Below, piece after piece: positions 1-12,364 of a DNA stretch of 64,000 nt. A model generated the notes under the pieces. It was not told the DNA's origin and did no database searches. It saw nothing but the letters and a program-made list of their open reading frames with translations. Within the stretch, counting starts at the first letter, position 1, and each line of letters starts with the position of its first letter. The translations under genes were made by a program, and so were the position numbers. Source of the stretch: Octopus vulgaris (taxonomy: Eukaryota); contig OX597827.1 in the NCBI GenBank assembly GCA_951406725.2, forward strand, positions 39,990,001-40,054,000. The letters are read 5' to 3'.

Positions 1-320
1 GTTAGAGCATCGAGCTTACGATCATGAGGTTGTTAGCTCGAATCCCAGACCAGGTTGTGTATTGTGTTCTTGAGCAAGACACTTTATTTCACATTGCTCC
101 AGTTCACTCAGCTGTAGAAATGAGTTGCAACATCACTAGTGCCAAGCTGTATCGGCCCCTTTGCATTTCCCTTGGATAACACTGGTGGCATGGAGAGGGG
201 AGGCCAGTATGCATTGGCGACTACTGGTCTTCCATAAAAACAACCTTGCCCGGACTTGTGCCTAGGAGGGTAACTTTCTAGGTGAAATCCCATGGTCAGT
301 CATGACCGAAGGGGGTCTCA
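1..320 (+). mobile_element. tRNA-derived SINE (family C), 5' end at or beyond the window edge
   Basis: tRNA-like head (gttagagcatcg...ctcgaatccc) and a body (ttgagcaagacactttatttcacattgctccagttcactcagctg) that recurs at ~61150-61410 (+), with the 3' part also at ~6590-6880 (-). Confidence 0.75.
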
Positions 321-489
321 GCATACATATATATATAGGTTATGAGAGGTAATGATGTCAAGAAGACCCTAAGGTGTCAGGTAATGCTGAGTAAGTGCTA
401 TCAACAGACTATAGTTAAGCTCCAGTTTCGGTGATTATGCGAATGAGGTGTCCAACATAGGTCATATATCAGCATGTGTATATATAAAA

Positions 490-772
490 AAATTAACAGA
501 ATGAGATAAAAATCCAAGGCTGTGAAAGATTTCAGAACAATTATAAATTAGAAGCTGTTTCTGGGATATTCTATATTTCCCTTCATCTCACGTCCATTTT
601 CACTTCACTCTCTATTTCATATCTTATCTAGAATAACTATTGCTTAACCAATTTCTCACACCATCTCCGATGAAGGGATATATAAAATATCCCGGAAACA
701 GCTGTAAAACCTATTTATAAATGTTCTGAAATCTTTCACAGCTTTGGATTTTTAACTCATTCTTGTTAATTT
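490..772. mobile_element. Inverted Penelope-type pseudo-LTR fragment between (TA)n tracts
   Basis: Arms ~490-587 and ~669-772 are imperfect reverse complements. The right arm contains a hammerhead-like core. Confidence 0.6.
667..706 (+). ncRNA. Degenerate minimal type I hammerhead ribozyme
   Basis: CCGAUGA (U4>C), then A-GGGAUAU/AUAUCCC stem II, GAAAC, palindromic AGCU stem III and GUA. Stem I no longer pairs. A truncated mirror copy lies at ~553-587 (-). Confidence 0.55.
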
Positions 773-844
773 ATATATATATAAGGATATGTCTATATAT
801 ATATATATATATAAGGATATGTCTATATATATATATATATATAA

Positions 845-882
<38 letters not shown>

Positions 883-1527
883 TTGGGAACTGCTCAAGCA
901 TTGAACCTGATACCTTAGGTATAAATATTTTTCAAATTAAAGATAAGAAATCAGAGAAATTCGACAATTCAAAAACATTACAATATAAACCAAGCCAAAA
1001 GGAGTAATTATAATATATTTAATGCATCTCTCATTAAAAAGTTCAATATCGAAACAACACTAAAAATATTCAATATCGAAACAATACTAAAAATTTCAAA
1101 ATTACAGACACACCAAAAATATTAAAGATATAATAGACATTATATGTTCGACAAATTATGCAAATCTATGAAAATAAATCAACAATGGTGACAAGCTGGT
1201 ATTTTATAAATAATGTAGAAATAATTTACAGAAACATGTCATTGCACAGAGAACACTGACATATTTTTCACATATCTTTCTGCATGTATCTGTGTCTGGT
1301 GAGCAATAATATTTCTGTGCATATGTGTGTGATGTGTGTGTGTGTGTGTGTGTACATAAGCTTGTCTCATTGTATGTGTGTATAAGGTTTGTCTGTGTAA
1401 ATGCTTATGTGTAAAGATGTGTATAAGTATCTATATGTTTGTGTTTGCATGTGTATGGTGTATGAGTACGCTTGTATGTATGTTAATGTTTGTATGTACC
1501 AGTGTGGATATAATATAAATGTGATAT

Positions 1528-1745
1528 AAGGTGGTGAGCTGACAGAAAACATTAGCATGTCAGGTGCCAGGCGAAATGCTTAGCAGTATTTTGTCTGTCT
1601 TCACATTCTGAGTTCAAATTCTGCCATGGTCAACTTTGCCTTTCATCCTTTTGAGGTCGATAAATTAAGTACCATTTGCATACTGGGGACGATCTAATCA
1701 ATTACCCCCACTCCCCAAAAATTTCAGACCTTATACCTAGAAAAG
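1528..1745 (+). mobile_element. tRNA-derived CORE/MIR-like SINE (family D)
   Basis: aaggtggtgagctgacag...ttctgagttcaaattc...ctttgcctttcatcctttt...gataaattaagtacc; many copies occur elsewhere in the window. Confidence 0.7.
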
Positions 1746-1957
1746 AATATAAATGTGATATGAATATATTAATTAGGCACAGGCCTGGTGGTGTGGTCAA
1801 GATGTTTACTTTATAGCCAAGGGGTTCTTGGCTTGATCCTACTGTACAGCACCCTGGGCAAGTGTCACCTGCTTTAGCCTTAGTCTGAGCAATATTTTCT
1901 GAGTGGAATTTGGTATATGGGAACTGTGCAGAAGTTCATTAGATATAATATATATGG

Positions 1958-3281
1958 CTGACCCAGGAAGACATGGGATGAAGTGGTAAGGACTGATCTC
2001 AGGAGGTTGGACCTCACTGAGGAAATGACTATGGACTGAGATGTCTGGCAGTATGATGTTCTTGAGAAAACCCACCCATATCAGCGAAACTGAGTTCTAG
2101 AAGTACTGTGTGTCCCGCCCACACTTAACAAGAAAACTTCGTACACACTCTACCACAACGAACCAAACTACGTCTCTACATCTCTTCTCTTCCTCACATT
2201 TCTACTTCATGTACTACGATTACCTACCACTCTCCAATTTTGTCCTCTTGATCTGGTGCTATTGTATCATTGCTTTCTGCTTGCCCCCGACCTGTGCGTT
2301 CTACCCAGATGCCTTGTCTCACTCTATTATTGCCATCTGCTAGCCCCCAACTTGAGTGTTCCACCCACACATAACAAGAAAACTTTTCCAATACCCCACC
2401 CCAACAAACCAATCTACATCTCCTTTTTCTCACATTTCCTCCTTCATTCACTATGCCTAGCTCTCACTCCCCTGTTCCGCTGTATCATTGCTACCTGGTA
2501 CCCCTCCAACTCTAGATATACCCAGGTCTTTCGCCACTTACTTGCACGCCCTTTGCAATACCCTGTCACTTATATTATGGCATTTGAACCTTAAGGGTAT
2601 ACCCTGGCACTTACCACTATCTATATCTTTCTCTTCCTTTACTCAACCATCTCATTTATACTCTGACCCCGTTTCTTGTGAGTATGCCTGGCATTTTGCT
2701 ACCATCTCCCACTATCTCTCACTCTTTCTCCTGCACTTCCTTAAGGTTGGGCAACCATGTATTTTCTTTGTGGTAGCACACCTGAATCTGTATTCATTCC
2801 TGATCTTTCTCTCTCCAGCTGGGTAATCTTGTACTTCCTCTACAGCAAGACACCTGTATCTGTCTCACTATAACCTTTTCATCATCACCTCCTCCAATGC
2901 CTGCCTCTCCTCTAAAAAGTTTTTGTCTTGCAAGTACTTGGCGACCCTGTTAGTGCAGGTGCACATAAAAGCACCAAGTCCACACTGTAAAGTGGTTGGT
3001 GTTCAGAAGGGTATCCAGCTGTAAAAACCTTGCCAAAACTGATTTCACCTGTGCTTGTGCCATGTAAAAACACAACACACCTCACCTGTGCTTGTTCCAC
3101 ATAAAAAGCACTAAGTCCACTCTATTGAGTGGTTGGTGTTAGGAAGGACATCCAGCTGTAAAAATCCTGCCAAAACAGTCACAGAAGTCTGGTGCAGGCT
3201 TCGGCCTGGCCAGCTCTTGTGGTACTATTCCACACATGCTGGCATCGAACATGGACGTTAAATGATGATGATGATGATGAT
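1958..3281 (+). mobile_element. RTE-clade LINE 3' remnant (ORF C-terminus, long 3' UTR, (GAT)n tail)
   Basis: 1958-2070 translates to PRKTWDEVVRTDLRRLDLTEEMT..., a typical RTE C-terminus. It ends in the shared 3' module (gtggttggtgttaggaagg...catccagctgta...ggacgttaaa) followed by (gat)n. Confidence 0.65.
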
Positions 3282-3419
3282 ATCATTGGGCTGTTCAATG
3301 AAGACAAGCAGGCTGAAACTTCAAACTCGCTGTCACTCTTGTTAAATCATTTATATATATCTCTACCCATAATAACAAGCAATAGTGTGTGTATGTGTGT
3401 GTGTGTGTGTGTGCATGTG

Positions 3420-4415
3420 GGAAACAGGCTGTGAGTGCCTTGAGAGAAAAACTGAATATAAGAGACATCAGATGTGTGCAAAAGAGGCAACTGCACTGGT
3501 ATGGTTATGTGATGCATATGGATGAGAACAGCTGCCTAAAGAAGTACCAATCTCTGTCTGTGGAGGAAACCTGTGGAAGACATGGGACGTGGTGGGGAAG
3601 CATGACCTTTGAGCGATGGGTCTCATGGAGGCGATGACAAGTGATCATGACCCTTGGCAATTTGCTGTGCTTGAAAAGACTCATCAAGCCAAGTGAAAAT
3701 ATAGTTGTGGTCGGTGCCAGTGACACATATGAGCACCCATGCTGGTGACACATAAAAGCAGCCATACTGGTGACACGTTAAGGCACCCATGCTGGTGACA
3801 CATTAAGACACCCATGCTGGTGACATGTTAAGGCACCCATGCTGGTGACACATTAAGGCACCCATGCTGGTGACACGTTAAGGCATCCATGCTGGTGACA
3901 CGTTAAGGCACCCATGCTGGTGACACGTTAAGGCATCCATGCTGGTGACACGTAAAGGCACCCATGCTGGTGACACGTAAAGGCACCCATGCTGGTGACA
4001 CGTTAAGGCACCCATGCTGGTGACACGTTAAGGCATCCATGCTGGTGACACGTAAAGGCACCCATACTGGTGACACGTAAAGGCACCCATGCTGGTGACA
4101 CGTTAAGGCACCCATGCTGGTGATACATTAAGGCATCCATGCTGGTGACACGTTAAGGCACCCATACTGGTGACACGTAAAGGCACCCATGCTGGTGACA
4201 CGTTAAGGCACCCATGCTAGTGACACATGAAAGCAGCCATACTGATGACACATAAAAGGCACCCACTATACTCTTGGAGTGGTTGGCATTAGAAAAGGCA
4301 TTCAGCTATAGAAAGCAAGCCAAAATCAGACTGGAACCTGGTGCAGCTCTCCAGCTTACCACTTTCAGTCAAACTGTTTAACCCTTTACCAACATGGAAA
4401 GCAGACATTAACTGT
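3420..4415 (+). mobile_element. RTE-clade LINE 3' remnant containing an expanded 25-bp array
   Basis: VSALREKLNIRDIRCVQKRQLHWYGYVMHM resembles the RTE 'RRLRWYGHVMRM' motif. The same 3' terminal module lies at ~4260-4410. Confidence 0.7.
3720..4265 (+). repeat. 25-bp minisatellite, ~21 copies (ggcacccatgctggtgacacgttaa)
   Basis: Direct tandem repeat visible in the sequence. Confidence 0.95.
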
Positions 4416-4593
4416 TATGGTTCTAATATAAACACTATTAGACAGCATAAGAAACAATGTTTGACAGAAAAGAGGTACAGGCCTTTTGATGGGAATTGCC
4501 AAAGAGTCAGTTTTAGCAAGAGTAATGTTAATCTCTTCCAACAGGTAATCAAGTAATACCAACACATGTGGTAAACTGAGTATAGAACTTTAC

Positions 4594-4675
4594 CTGCCAC
4601 TTCTTCACCAAAATGATCTTCAATTTCTTGCAGAGTGGTGTCTGTATCTTCTACTGTGTCATGAAGTAGTGCTGC
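4594..4675 (-). CDS. HDDC3: HDDC3/MESH1 coding exon 3 (AALLHDTVEDTDTTLQEIEDHFGEEVA+G)
   Basis: HD-domain signature HDTVED; tttgcAG acceptor and GTaaag donor; phase 0 in, phase 1 out. Downstream exons were not found in 1-4593. Confidence 0.93.
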
Positions 4676-5796
4676 CTGCAAAGAAAGAAATATATATTTG
4701 GTCTTTGATATATATTTGTGTGTATATGTGTATATGTATATATATATATACATATTTACGGAAAGAAACAAAATGAAAAGACACAAATTTATTTTACAAG
4801 ACTAAAGAATATATTAGAATCATAATAGCAAAAGTATTACACAATATTGTACAAAATAAGATTATTTTGTTCCAACATAATTGGTTTCACTATCACTTTT
4901 CAAATTATGAGTTTTGGATGAATTTCTGAATGTCTAATACAGAAATTCATCCAAAACTCTTAATTTGAAAAGGATAGCAAAACTGGTTATTCGGTTGGAA
5001 GAAAAAAAATCTTGTTTTGTACAATATTGTGTAATACTTTTGCTATTATCTTGTAAAACAAATCTTGTGTTTTTTAATCTTATTTCTTTCTGTATATATT
5101 CAACTACGTGTAATCACCCACCATACTTTCTACATTATATACATATATATATAAATATACATATTATGTAAGGAAATATATATTAGGAATTCCCTTTTCT
5201 GGCTGGTAAATCAGTGTTTAAATATATATATATGTCCTTTAGGATGCCTTCTAAGTGTTACCCACCATTCTTGTCTTTTTGACCTTAAGGTTATATTTTC
5301 TCACTTCTTATTTATTTCATCTTTGTCCATCATCTTAAATTACATTTATTCACTTTCGTATATCCACTCTGTATTGTTTTGCTTGCTCTCAACCCTATAT
5401 TCTCTGCAACTTTCGTGGACACTGCCAGCATGAGAAGTTCTCAGTCTTATTTTTAACGGTGCAAAACTGAGTTGTACCATTTGGTTGACAACTGATAAAG
5501 AATTAGGGACCTTTTGTGTCTGTCTCCCGTCTGCTTGCACACTCAGTATATGGCATGTATTTTTTATGTGTCGTTTGTTTATTTACAATAATTTTTTTTT
5601 TATTTATTAAGTAATGAAATGAAAACACACCCCGACTTTTGTCAACAGTAAGTTTCGCATATATATATATATATATCTTATATCTCTTTTACGTGTTTCA
5701 GTCATTTGACTGCGGCCATACTGGAGCACTGCTTTTAGTTGAGTAAATCGACCCCAGAAAAATATATTAAAATAAACAAATAAATCAAGTGATTAC

Positions 5797-5852
5797 CTGG
5801 ATGACCAGTGGGTCAGTAATACCTCCTTCGTTGGTCAGTATGTAGGACACAC
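5797..5852 (-). CDS. HDDC3: HDDC3/MESH1 coding exon 2 ((G)VSYILTNEGGITDPLVIQ)
   Basis: cacttAG/GTaatc splice sites; 56 nt joins exon 1 (phase 1) to exon 3 (phase 0) in frame; resembles MESH1 'GVARILTHEAGITDIVVLQ'. Confidence 0.92.
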
Positions 5853-6584
5853 CTAAGTGACAAATAGAATGCAAAATCAATATCCATTTTGAATATATAT
5901 TCTTAATGGAAATAGGCTACTTATAAGAAGTACAAAAGCTAACAAATGTCAAGAACAATAACTCTTAATAAATATATCAGACTCTGACCACACTTAATAT
6001 TAACATCTGATATGACTAAAATATCTGTTGCTTTCACTAGTTGACTTTAAAGACTCCAGTCTCACTCCAATCTATATTTGTTTATATTACCCCAAAATTT
6101 TGACCAACTGATCTACCTTATTATTTTTAGATTTAAAACATCACCAGAGGGATTTTTTATTTACTGTATCAAATGCACAAATTGTAATAAATATATATTG
6201 ACCAGAATAAACATGAGTACACTAGCAGCAAATTAGGGGCCCAAATTTTAGATATCATTAATAATTGTTGGAGGTCAAAGTGACTTCTGACTCAGAGGTG
6301 AAAGGTTGGTTGTTGGGATATAATACTAGCTATTGTAAGGAGTTGCTTTCTTCAGAAGAGATCCTTGGAAATAGTGAAACCTAGCATTTGGAACAATCAT
6401 GAAGTTGCTAGCTAAGTGTTGCTCATGACTAAGGGGAAAGACTCACTGTTTTCTTGATATGTATAGCATTTGTGTTCCTTTTTTATGATAGACGGACAAG
6501 ATTGGTATATCCCCATTGGAAGATGCTTTTGAAATCTCTGTTCATGAAATCAGTGAGGATTTGGCATGTGGTGTCTTGGCTGCA

Positions 6585-6680
6585 ATAATGACCATGGGAT
6601 AGCACCCAGAATGACCATGGGATAGCACCTGCAATAATGACCATGGGATAGCACCTAGAATGACCATGGGATAGCACCTA
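6585..6680. repeat. ~23-bp tandem repeat x4 (aatgaccatgggatagcacc...) at a SINE tail
   Basis: Four adjacent copies at the 3' end of a minus-strand family C SINE (~6590-6880). Confidence 0.85.
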
Positions 6681-7098
6681 GAAAGTTCCCCTCCAAGGCA
6701 CAAGTTGCCCATGCAGACCAGCCTCCCCTCTCCACACCACAGATGTTATCCAAGGGAAAGGCAAAGGCTGATACAGCTTGGCACCAGTGATATTACAACT
6801 CCAAGAATACAACACACAGGCTAGTCTAGGAACTGAACTCACTACTTCATGATGCTCTAACCACTGAGCCATATGCCTTAGTTTGCTGTGAGAAAGAAGC
6901 GAGATGAGGTTCTGTCAGAAACACTGGATTTCTCCTCTTCCTTACAATAAACTAAATTATGTATACCATTTTTTGAATTTGTTATATATTATGTTTTGGG
7001 TTATTAGTGAATTGTAAGAAAATTCAAGAAACAGCCTAATCTTAATCAATAATAGGTCGATTTGTGCACATTAAGGACTAGAGTAATAAAGAGCTTAA

Positions 7099-7319
7099 CC
7101 CTTTCATTACCAACCCGGCTGAAACCGGCTCTGGCTCTTTAGTATAAATGTCTTGTTTTCATAAGTTTTGAATTCAAATCTTCCACCAAATCTTAGTTAA
7201 AATTTATGTTCTTAACACTAGCTTAATGATAACAAAGTTAATTTATTAAATTCTTTGTTATAGTTAAAGTAATTGAAAGAAACACAGAGCATCTCAAAAT
7301 AAATACAGTAATAAAAGGG
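7099..7319. mobile_element. piggyBac-like MITE
   Basis: TTAA|CCCTTTcattac ... gtaataAAAGGG|ttga. A second copy lies at ~39205-39423 (ending aaagggTTAA) and an inverted, SINE-interrupted relative at ~61045-61525. Confidence 0.65.
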
Positions 7320-7689
7320 TTGAAGTAAGAATAAAATAAGTAGTGGGAAAGAAAATAATATTATTCAATGACTAATATGTTGCCTCAGACACATTTTGCT
7401 ATCATCACCTGAGGATAGTCTGACAGTACAAGATTTCGTACTATTGTAATATTCAAACTTTAAATATGCTGACATCAACTGATCTATTGTTTATCATGTA
7501 GATGGCATGTCATATTTATTTAATTTTAAACAATTTTATTTTTCTGTCAACAAATATATACTTCTAAATATTAACAATTTGTTTGCTATAACTTTGACAA
7601 GCTACAATGCAGCTATATTTTGATAAGAACACAAAGCAAATGCAGAAAAATATCTGAAATTGTTTCTTGTAGTTGCTGGTTAAAAGAAA

Positions 7690-8270
7690 TATTATTATCC
7701 TGGTATGAATATTGCAAGGAGACACTCTCATGCCCTTCTCCCTTTCCATTATAGTCCAGGATTATACACTTGGAGGCTATTAATAAATGTGAACAGGAAC
7801 ATTGCCTTCTCTATTACACCTTAGAAGTCTGTTTCCCTACTATAGGCCTAATGGATGTGGACTGTGCAAATATCATCATCCTGCTGTTTGACCATAAGGA
7901 GCAAGCTCAGAAGCTTTTGAGCAGAGTGGAGGTTGGTCTTTGATTGAAGCCATGAAAACCAAGGTCATCACTTACAATGTATTCCAAGGCCATGCACCAC
8001 TAATGACAACAGGAGTGCTACTCAAATGGAAATCAGACTTCAGATATCTGAGCAAAACCTCAGTGAGAAAGGAATTTTACATGAAAGACTTTGAATAGCA
8101 TATCCAGTGAATGGACATATTAATCTCAGCTTCTCATATTCAGCTGTAGAGTTTATGTTACTATGTTACTGTGAACGCTGGACTCTAAAATATAGAAGCA
8201 GGAATTACTGGATGCTAACAAGAAGTTTGGAAGACTGGCATAGCTGAGGGGACCCACTTGCAGCCTTGTC
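7690..8270 (+). mobile_element. Decayed RTE-like reverse transcriptase fragment
   Basis: atattgcaaggagacactctc... reads ILQGDTL followed by frameshifted PF.F.IV.DY, resembling an RTE RT motif. Confidence 0.45.
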
Positions 8271-8274
8271 TAAG

Positions 8275-8662
8275 AATAATAATAATAATAATGAAATTAT
8301 TGTATACAGTGCTCAGGTGCACCACAACTTGTCAAAAGTGTGTATAAAGCATATGCAGTAATGTACAAATGTCTGGAAAGCGAACAATGTATGAGTCAGA
8401 TACATGCTTGTGTGTGTATAGAGGGAGAATTCAGGTCTAGTGTTGGCGAATCTCAGAAAGCATGGAAGTTTTGAAGGATGCAGTGCTCCGACAACTAACA
8501 ACTGATGCCGGCAGTTTGTTCCATGCTTCAGCAACTCTCGGCGTGAAAATATGTTTCCTAAAGTCATGGGAGCTGTGCTGTTTTCTGACTTTGTAAATAT
8601 GTCCACGGGTGTTAGACGGGTGGAGTTTGAAAAGGTGCTCAGAGTTATTGTTTGTAAGATGA
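8275..8662 (-). mobile_element. CR1/L2-type LINE 3' end with (TTA)n tail
   Basis: The minus strand encodes a ...RVAEAWNKLP.SVV..FK-like C-terminus, then a short UTR and a (tta)n tail at ~8275-8292. Confidence 0.65.
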
Positions 8663-9551
8663 CCTAAATAATGATTAAACTTAACACTAATTTGTTTCCC
8701 ATAGATGAATGGTTTAAGATACTATCCTAATAATCAACCAAGAACCTGATATTAGCCAGCTATGAAGAACACTGCCTTCTGGGCGACTACAATAAGAAAA
8801 ATCATTTCCTGTACTTTATTGCAAAACAGGAAAGCGGCATTAATTAAAGGGACATAACTCTGTTATAACTCTATTTTAATAATTGACAAAATTCTCCGGA
8901 AAGTTTCTTTAATCATAATATGCATGTCTTCTTAATGCCTTAGTTATTTTCTACATATTTACCGTTAGTAATGAAAAACTGAACTTATCTTAAGGTCCAT
9001 CAAGTAAAACTCCTTAAACTGATGGAAACAACAACTGTTTACGAAACTAAGGCAAGTTCAGTTTTGCTGCCGATCTTAAATTTGTCTTCTTTTGACAAAG
9101 CACATGGATTCAATTAATAATGATATAATTAAGCTTACAATTAGGTTAAGCTAACCAACATTTCAGACAGCAGAAAAGCAAAACAAAATACATGTTTCTG
9201 AAAATGAAGGGGTCGTACTTCAAGGGAAACGGATATGGGATTTTACGACTGAACTTGGTTTCGTAGAGGAATAAATTAAATGCGGCATATATCAAATGCC
9301 ATAGCTTCGATCATATATTGAAATCGCTCGTTATTCTTGGCTTATCGGCAGCTTACTGATGAAATTAGGTACAAAATCACATATTTTGGGTCTAAGAATA
9401 GTATAATATATCGACCACAGCTTGATTTGATCTCGACACCTAAAGGGAAATAATTATGTTCTATTAGGTGCGAGTCATCCTGCAGTTCTATAAAGTAAAG
9501 CTCTTAGATCTTGCCAGCCTTACATTTCAAAAATGAATCGCAAGAAAATAC

Positions 9552-9663
9552 CTATTGGATGGTTTATGTATGGTGTTCCTTCCACGTCTTTGCGTTTTTG
9601 ATTTTTGTGTTTAATAGCCGCGAAGTTGGCACATTTGATCACTGTACTTAACATATCTTCCAT
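9552..9663 (-). CDS. HDDC3: HDDC3/MESH1 coding exon 1 (MEDMLSTVIKCANFAAIKHKNQKRKDVEGTPYINHPI+G)
   Basis: ATG at 9663-9661 in an aaacATGg context; FAA.KH..Q.RKD.EGTPYINHPIG is the MESH1/SpoT-hydrolase N-terminus; GT donor at 9551-9550. Confidence 0.95.
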
Positions 9664-9939
9664 GTTTACATTTGTACACAATGCAAACGTGTAAAGCTAG
9701 CGAACATTTCAGAAACGACCGTAAAACAAATAGCAGCTCATCCCACTCACGATTTTTCCGGCTTCTACCTTTGCTTTCATTCTGAATGGGCAATTAACTT
9801 TATTTATAGTCTACCAATGTAGCAAAAAGAAAGCACGAAAAATATTTGTAGGGTTTTTTTTTCTCCCCTTTCAATTCATAAGTGTTTAAAACGAAAAAAA
9901 AAGTGTCCATACACTTTCGATTATCACTGCTATGTGGTT

Positions 9940-11526
9940 TAATGCAGTTTCGCACCTCTCCTTGAAAAATGCATTTTTTTTAAAAAGTTTTTTTAGATCT
10001 TTTCCTTTTGAACGGCACTTTGTAACTATTTCTAGGTAACTAAAAAGTTTTAAACTTCGTATACTGGTAGAATGTGTTTATAAAACATCATTTTCTCTTG
10101 GCTTTATTGAGAAAATTCTATAGGTTGTAAGATATTTCGTCTTTAATTTCGAGCATTTCGGCAATTTTAACCAATCGCCGACGTCCATTTAGGTAAATAA
10201 CATTCTGTGCATAATGAATGTCTCTCCTTCAAGAAAAAGATTATGTTTATTTACATTTGTGAAGAAAAAAAGATACCTTTCCCCAATCCCTAACCCTAAA
10301 TCTAAAATAGATTGAAATGCAATAGATCGATACTAGGACCATAATTATGGGTGATATTTTCATTTGACACCGCTAGAAAAAAATCCCATTTTCCGTAGCG
10401 GTGTCGTATGAAATTGTCACCCATAATTATAACCCTGGTATCAATCTATTTTAAATTTAGGGTTAGGGATTGGGGGAAGGGTATCTTTTTTCTTCACAAA
10501 TGTAAATAAACCCAATCTGTTTCTTAAAGGAGGGACATATTATGCACAGAATGTTATTTACGTAAATGGACGTCGGCGATTGGTTAAAATTGCCGAAATG
10601 CTCGAAATTAAAGACGAAATATCTTACAAACTATAGAATTTTCTCAATAAAGCCAAGAAAAAATGATGTTTTATAAACACATTCTACCAGTATACCAAGT
10701 TTAAAACTTTTTAGTTACCTAAAAATTATGTTACAAAGTGCCATTCAAAAGGAAAAGATCCGTTTTTTTTTTTTTCAAATTCCTACGTTTTAGATGTCGG
10801 AGATTACGAATATGCAAAAAAATTTTAACACCCCCATCACCACCACCACTCCCATTTAAAATTTTGAACTTTCTCGAATTTTTTTTTCTTCCTATGTTTT
10901 AGATGATGGAGATTCCGGATATGCAAGAAACTACGTTTTGAAACTTTTAAATTCAGTAAGATAGGTGTATAAAGAAATAGATACATATAAATGTCTTCCT
11001 GGGGCTACCGTCTTCTATAGGACCGCCACAGTTGACAAGTATATTTTATGAATAAACGGATAGGGATAAATAGATAGACAGACAAATAAATAGATGGATT
11101 GATGAAAATGCTCAAAATTTAAAATTGGAGAGGGGTGAAATTTGAGTCCCTTATTAAACTTTATAACATTAATTATAAAATATTAATGTTTGTTTCTCAT
11201 AAAATGACTCACATAGGGATGTGGTGTATATTTAATTTACATTATATTATTTACGATTTTTTAAGGCAAACGCAAGTAAAACGCAAATTCTTTTCACTTT
11301 AATGTTTTTGTCTGTATTTAATTTCGATTTGCATATGTTCGTCAGTTTGCTACGATCTCTTTAAAGTAAACAAAATCAAAAATTTTAATGTGGGGTGGAG
11401 AATTAAAATTTTCTCCTTTTTTTTTTTTTGCATATTCGTAATCTCCGACATCTAAAACGTACGAATCCGAAAGAAAAAATTTTCAGAAAAAATGCATTTT
11501 CCAAGGAAAGGTGCGAAACTGCATTA
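9940..11526. mobile_element. Non-autonomous DNA transposon with long TIRs, left TIR interrupted by a nested element
   Basis: taatgcagtttcgcacctctccttgaaaaatgcatttttt at 9940 matches the reverse complement of ~11487-11526. The TIR resumes after 10761 (tacgttttagatgtcggagattacgaatatgcaaaa) and matches ~11426-11462. Confidence 0.75.
9995..10761. mobile_element. Fold-back (palindromic) MITE with 8-bp TSD, Merlin-like
   Basis: ~380-bp inverted arms around a ~20-bp spacer; termini (A/G)GATCTTTTCC; gttttttt duplicated at 9987-9994 and 10762-10769. Confidence 0.8.
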
Positions 11527-12364
11527 GCACCCAGCTATGTATACTAAAATTACAGTCAATGTTTATAAATACTTTGCTGAAGAAATTGGTTGCACAGGAT
11601 CCTAGATCACCTGACGTCTCAACGGCAACAGGCAAACACGGATAGCGGCCAACTAGGCTCCAATACATACTGAGTTCTCTCTCCTCTGTGTTACATGCGG
11701 CGACACCAAGGTTTACGACAGATGCCGCAAAGTTGGATCCAGAGAACGTGTTGCTGCACGTTGCATCCTAGACTACGGGTCTACCTCCCTCGAATGGGAA
11801 GAGGATTATCCCGTCGGGGTGCTTACCGTCCCCACAGTCGGGACCTGCAGGCTCAAGTTGAGACAGGATGCCAGCTACGTCAAGGCCTCTTCTCCCATTC
11901 AAGAATATTTATAACTATATATCGGTTGACAAAACGCTACTAAAAACTAACTTCAATAGGAAAGTGTGTGTGCGCGCGCGTGATAAATACAGTTTTACTT
12001 CACGATTTCTTGCCAAAAGAGAAAGAGTCGGATTCTAACCTAGATTCAAGGCCCGTTCATTGGAATTTCAACAACATGAACAGGGTATTTTTGCATGTAT
12101 GTGGATATATGTGCAGTATTGGGAGTCAGTGTGCATGCAAATTTGTATGTTTTGTTTTATATATGTATTCTCATGCTTATAGTTATATGTATAGACAGGC
12201 GCGTGCATATGTGTGTGTGTTTGGACACTCACATACATACGTAACAATGTCTCCACTTCTGGTTTTTGTGTTGGCTGTGATTTTAATACATACTACAATG
12301 ACTTCGATTGCGATACAAAAGTGGTCGAGCACCAAAAATTGCCGATGTACTTATTTATTTGATT

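Noticed and set aside
405-478. Minus-strand CUGAUA...GAAACUGGAG...CUAUAGUC hammerhead-like relic
   Set aside because: G8/A9 are missing and stems I and II are poor; too degenerate to call.
10288-10470. Telomeric TTAGGG/CCCTAA units
   Set aside because: Only about two units per arm inside a MITE; not an interstitial telomere array.
11538-11940. Possible LTR end (gtgttaca) followed by a PBS-like tgcggcgac
   Set aside because: No second LTR, TSD or gag/pol similarity is recognisable.
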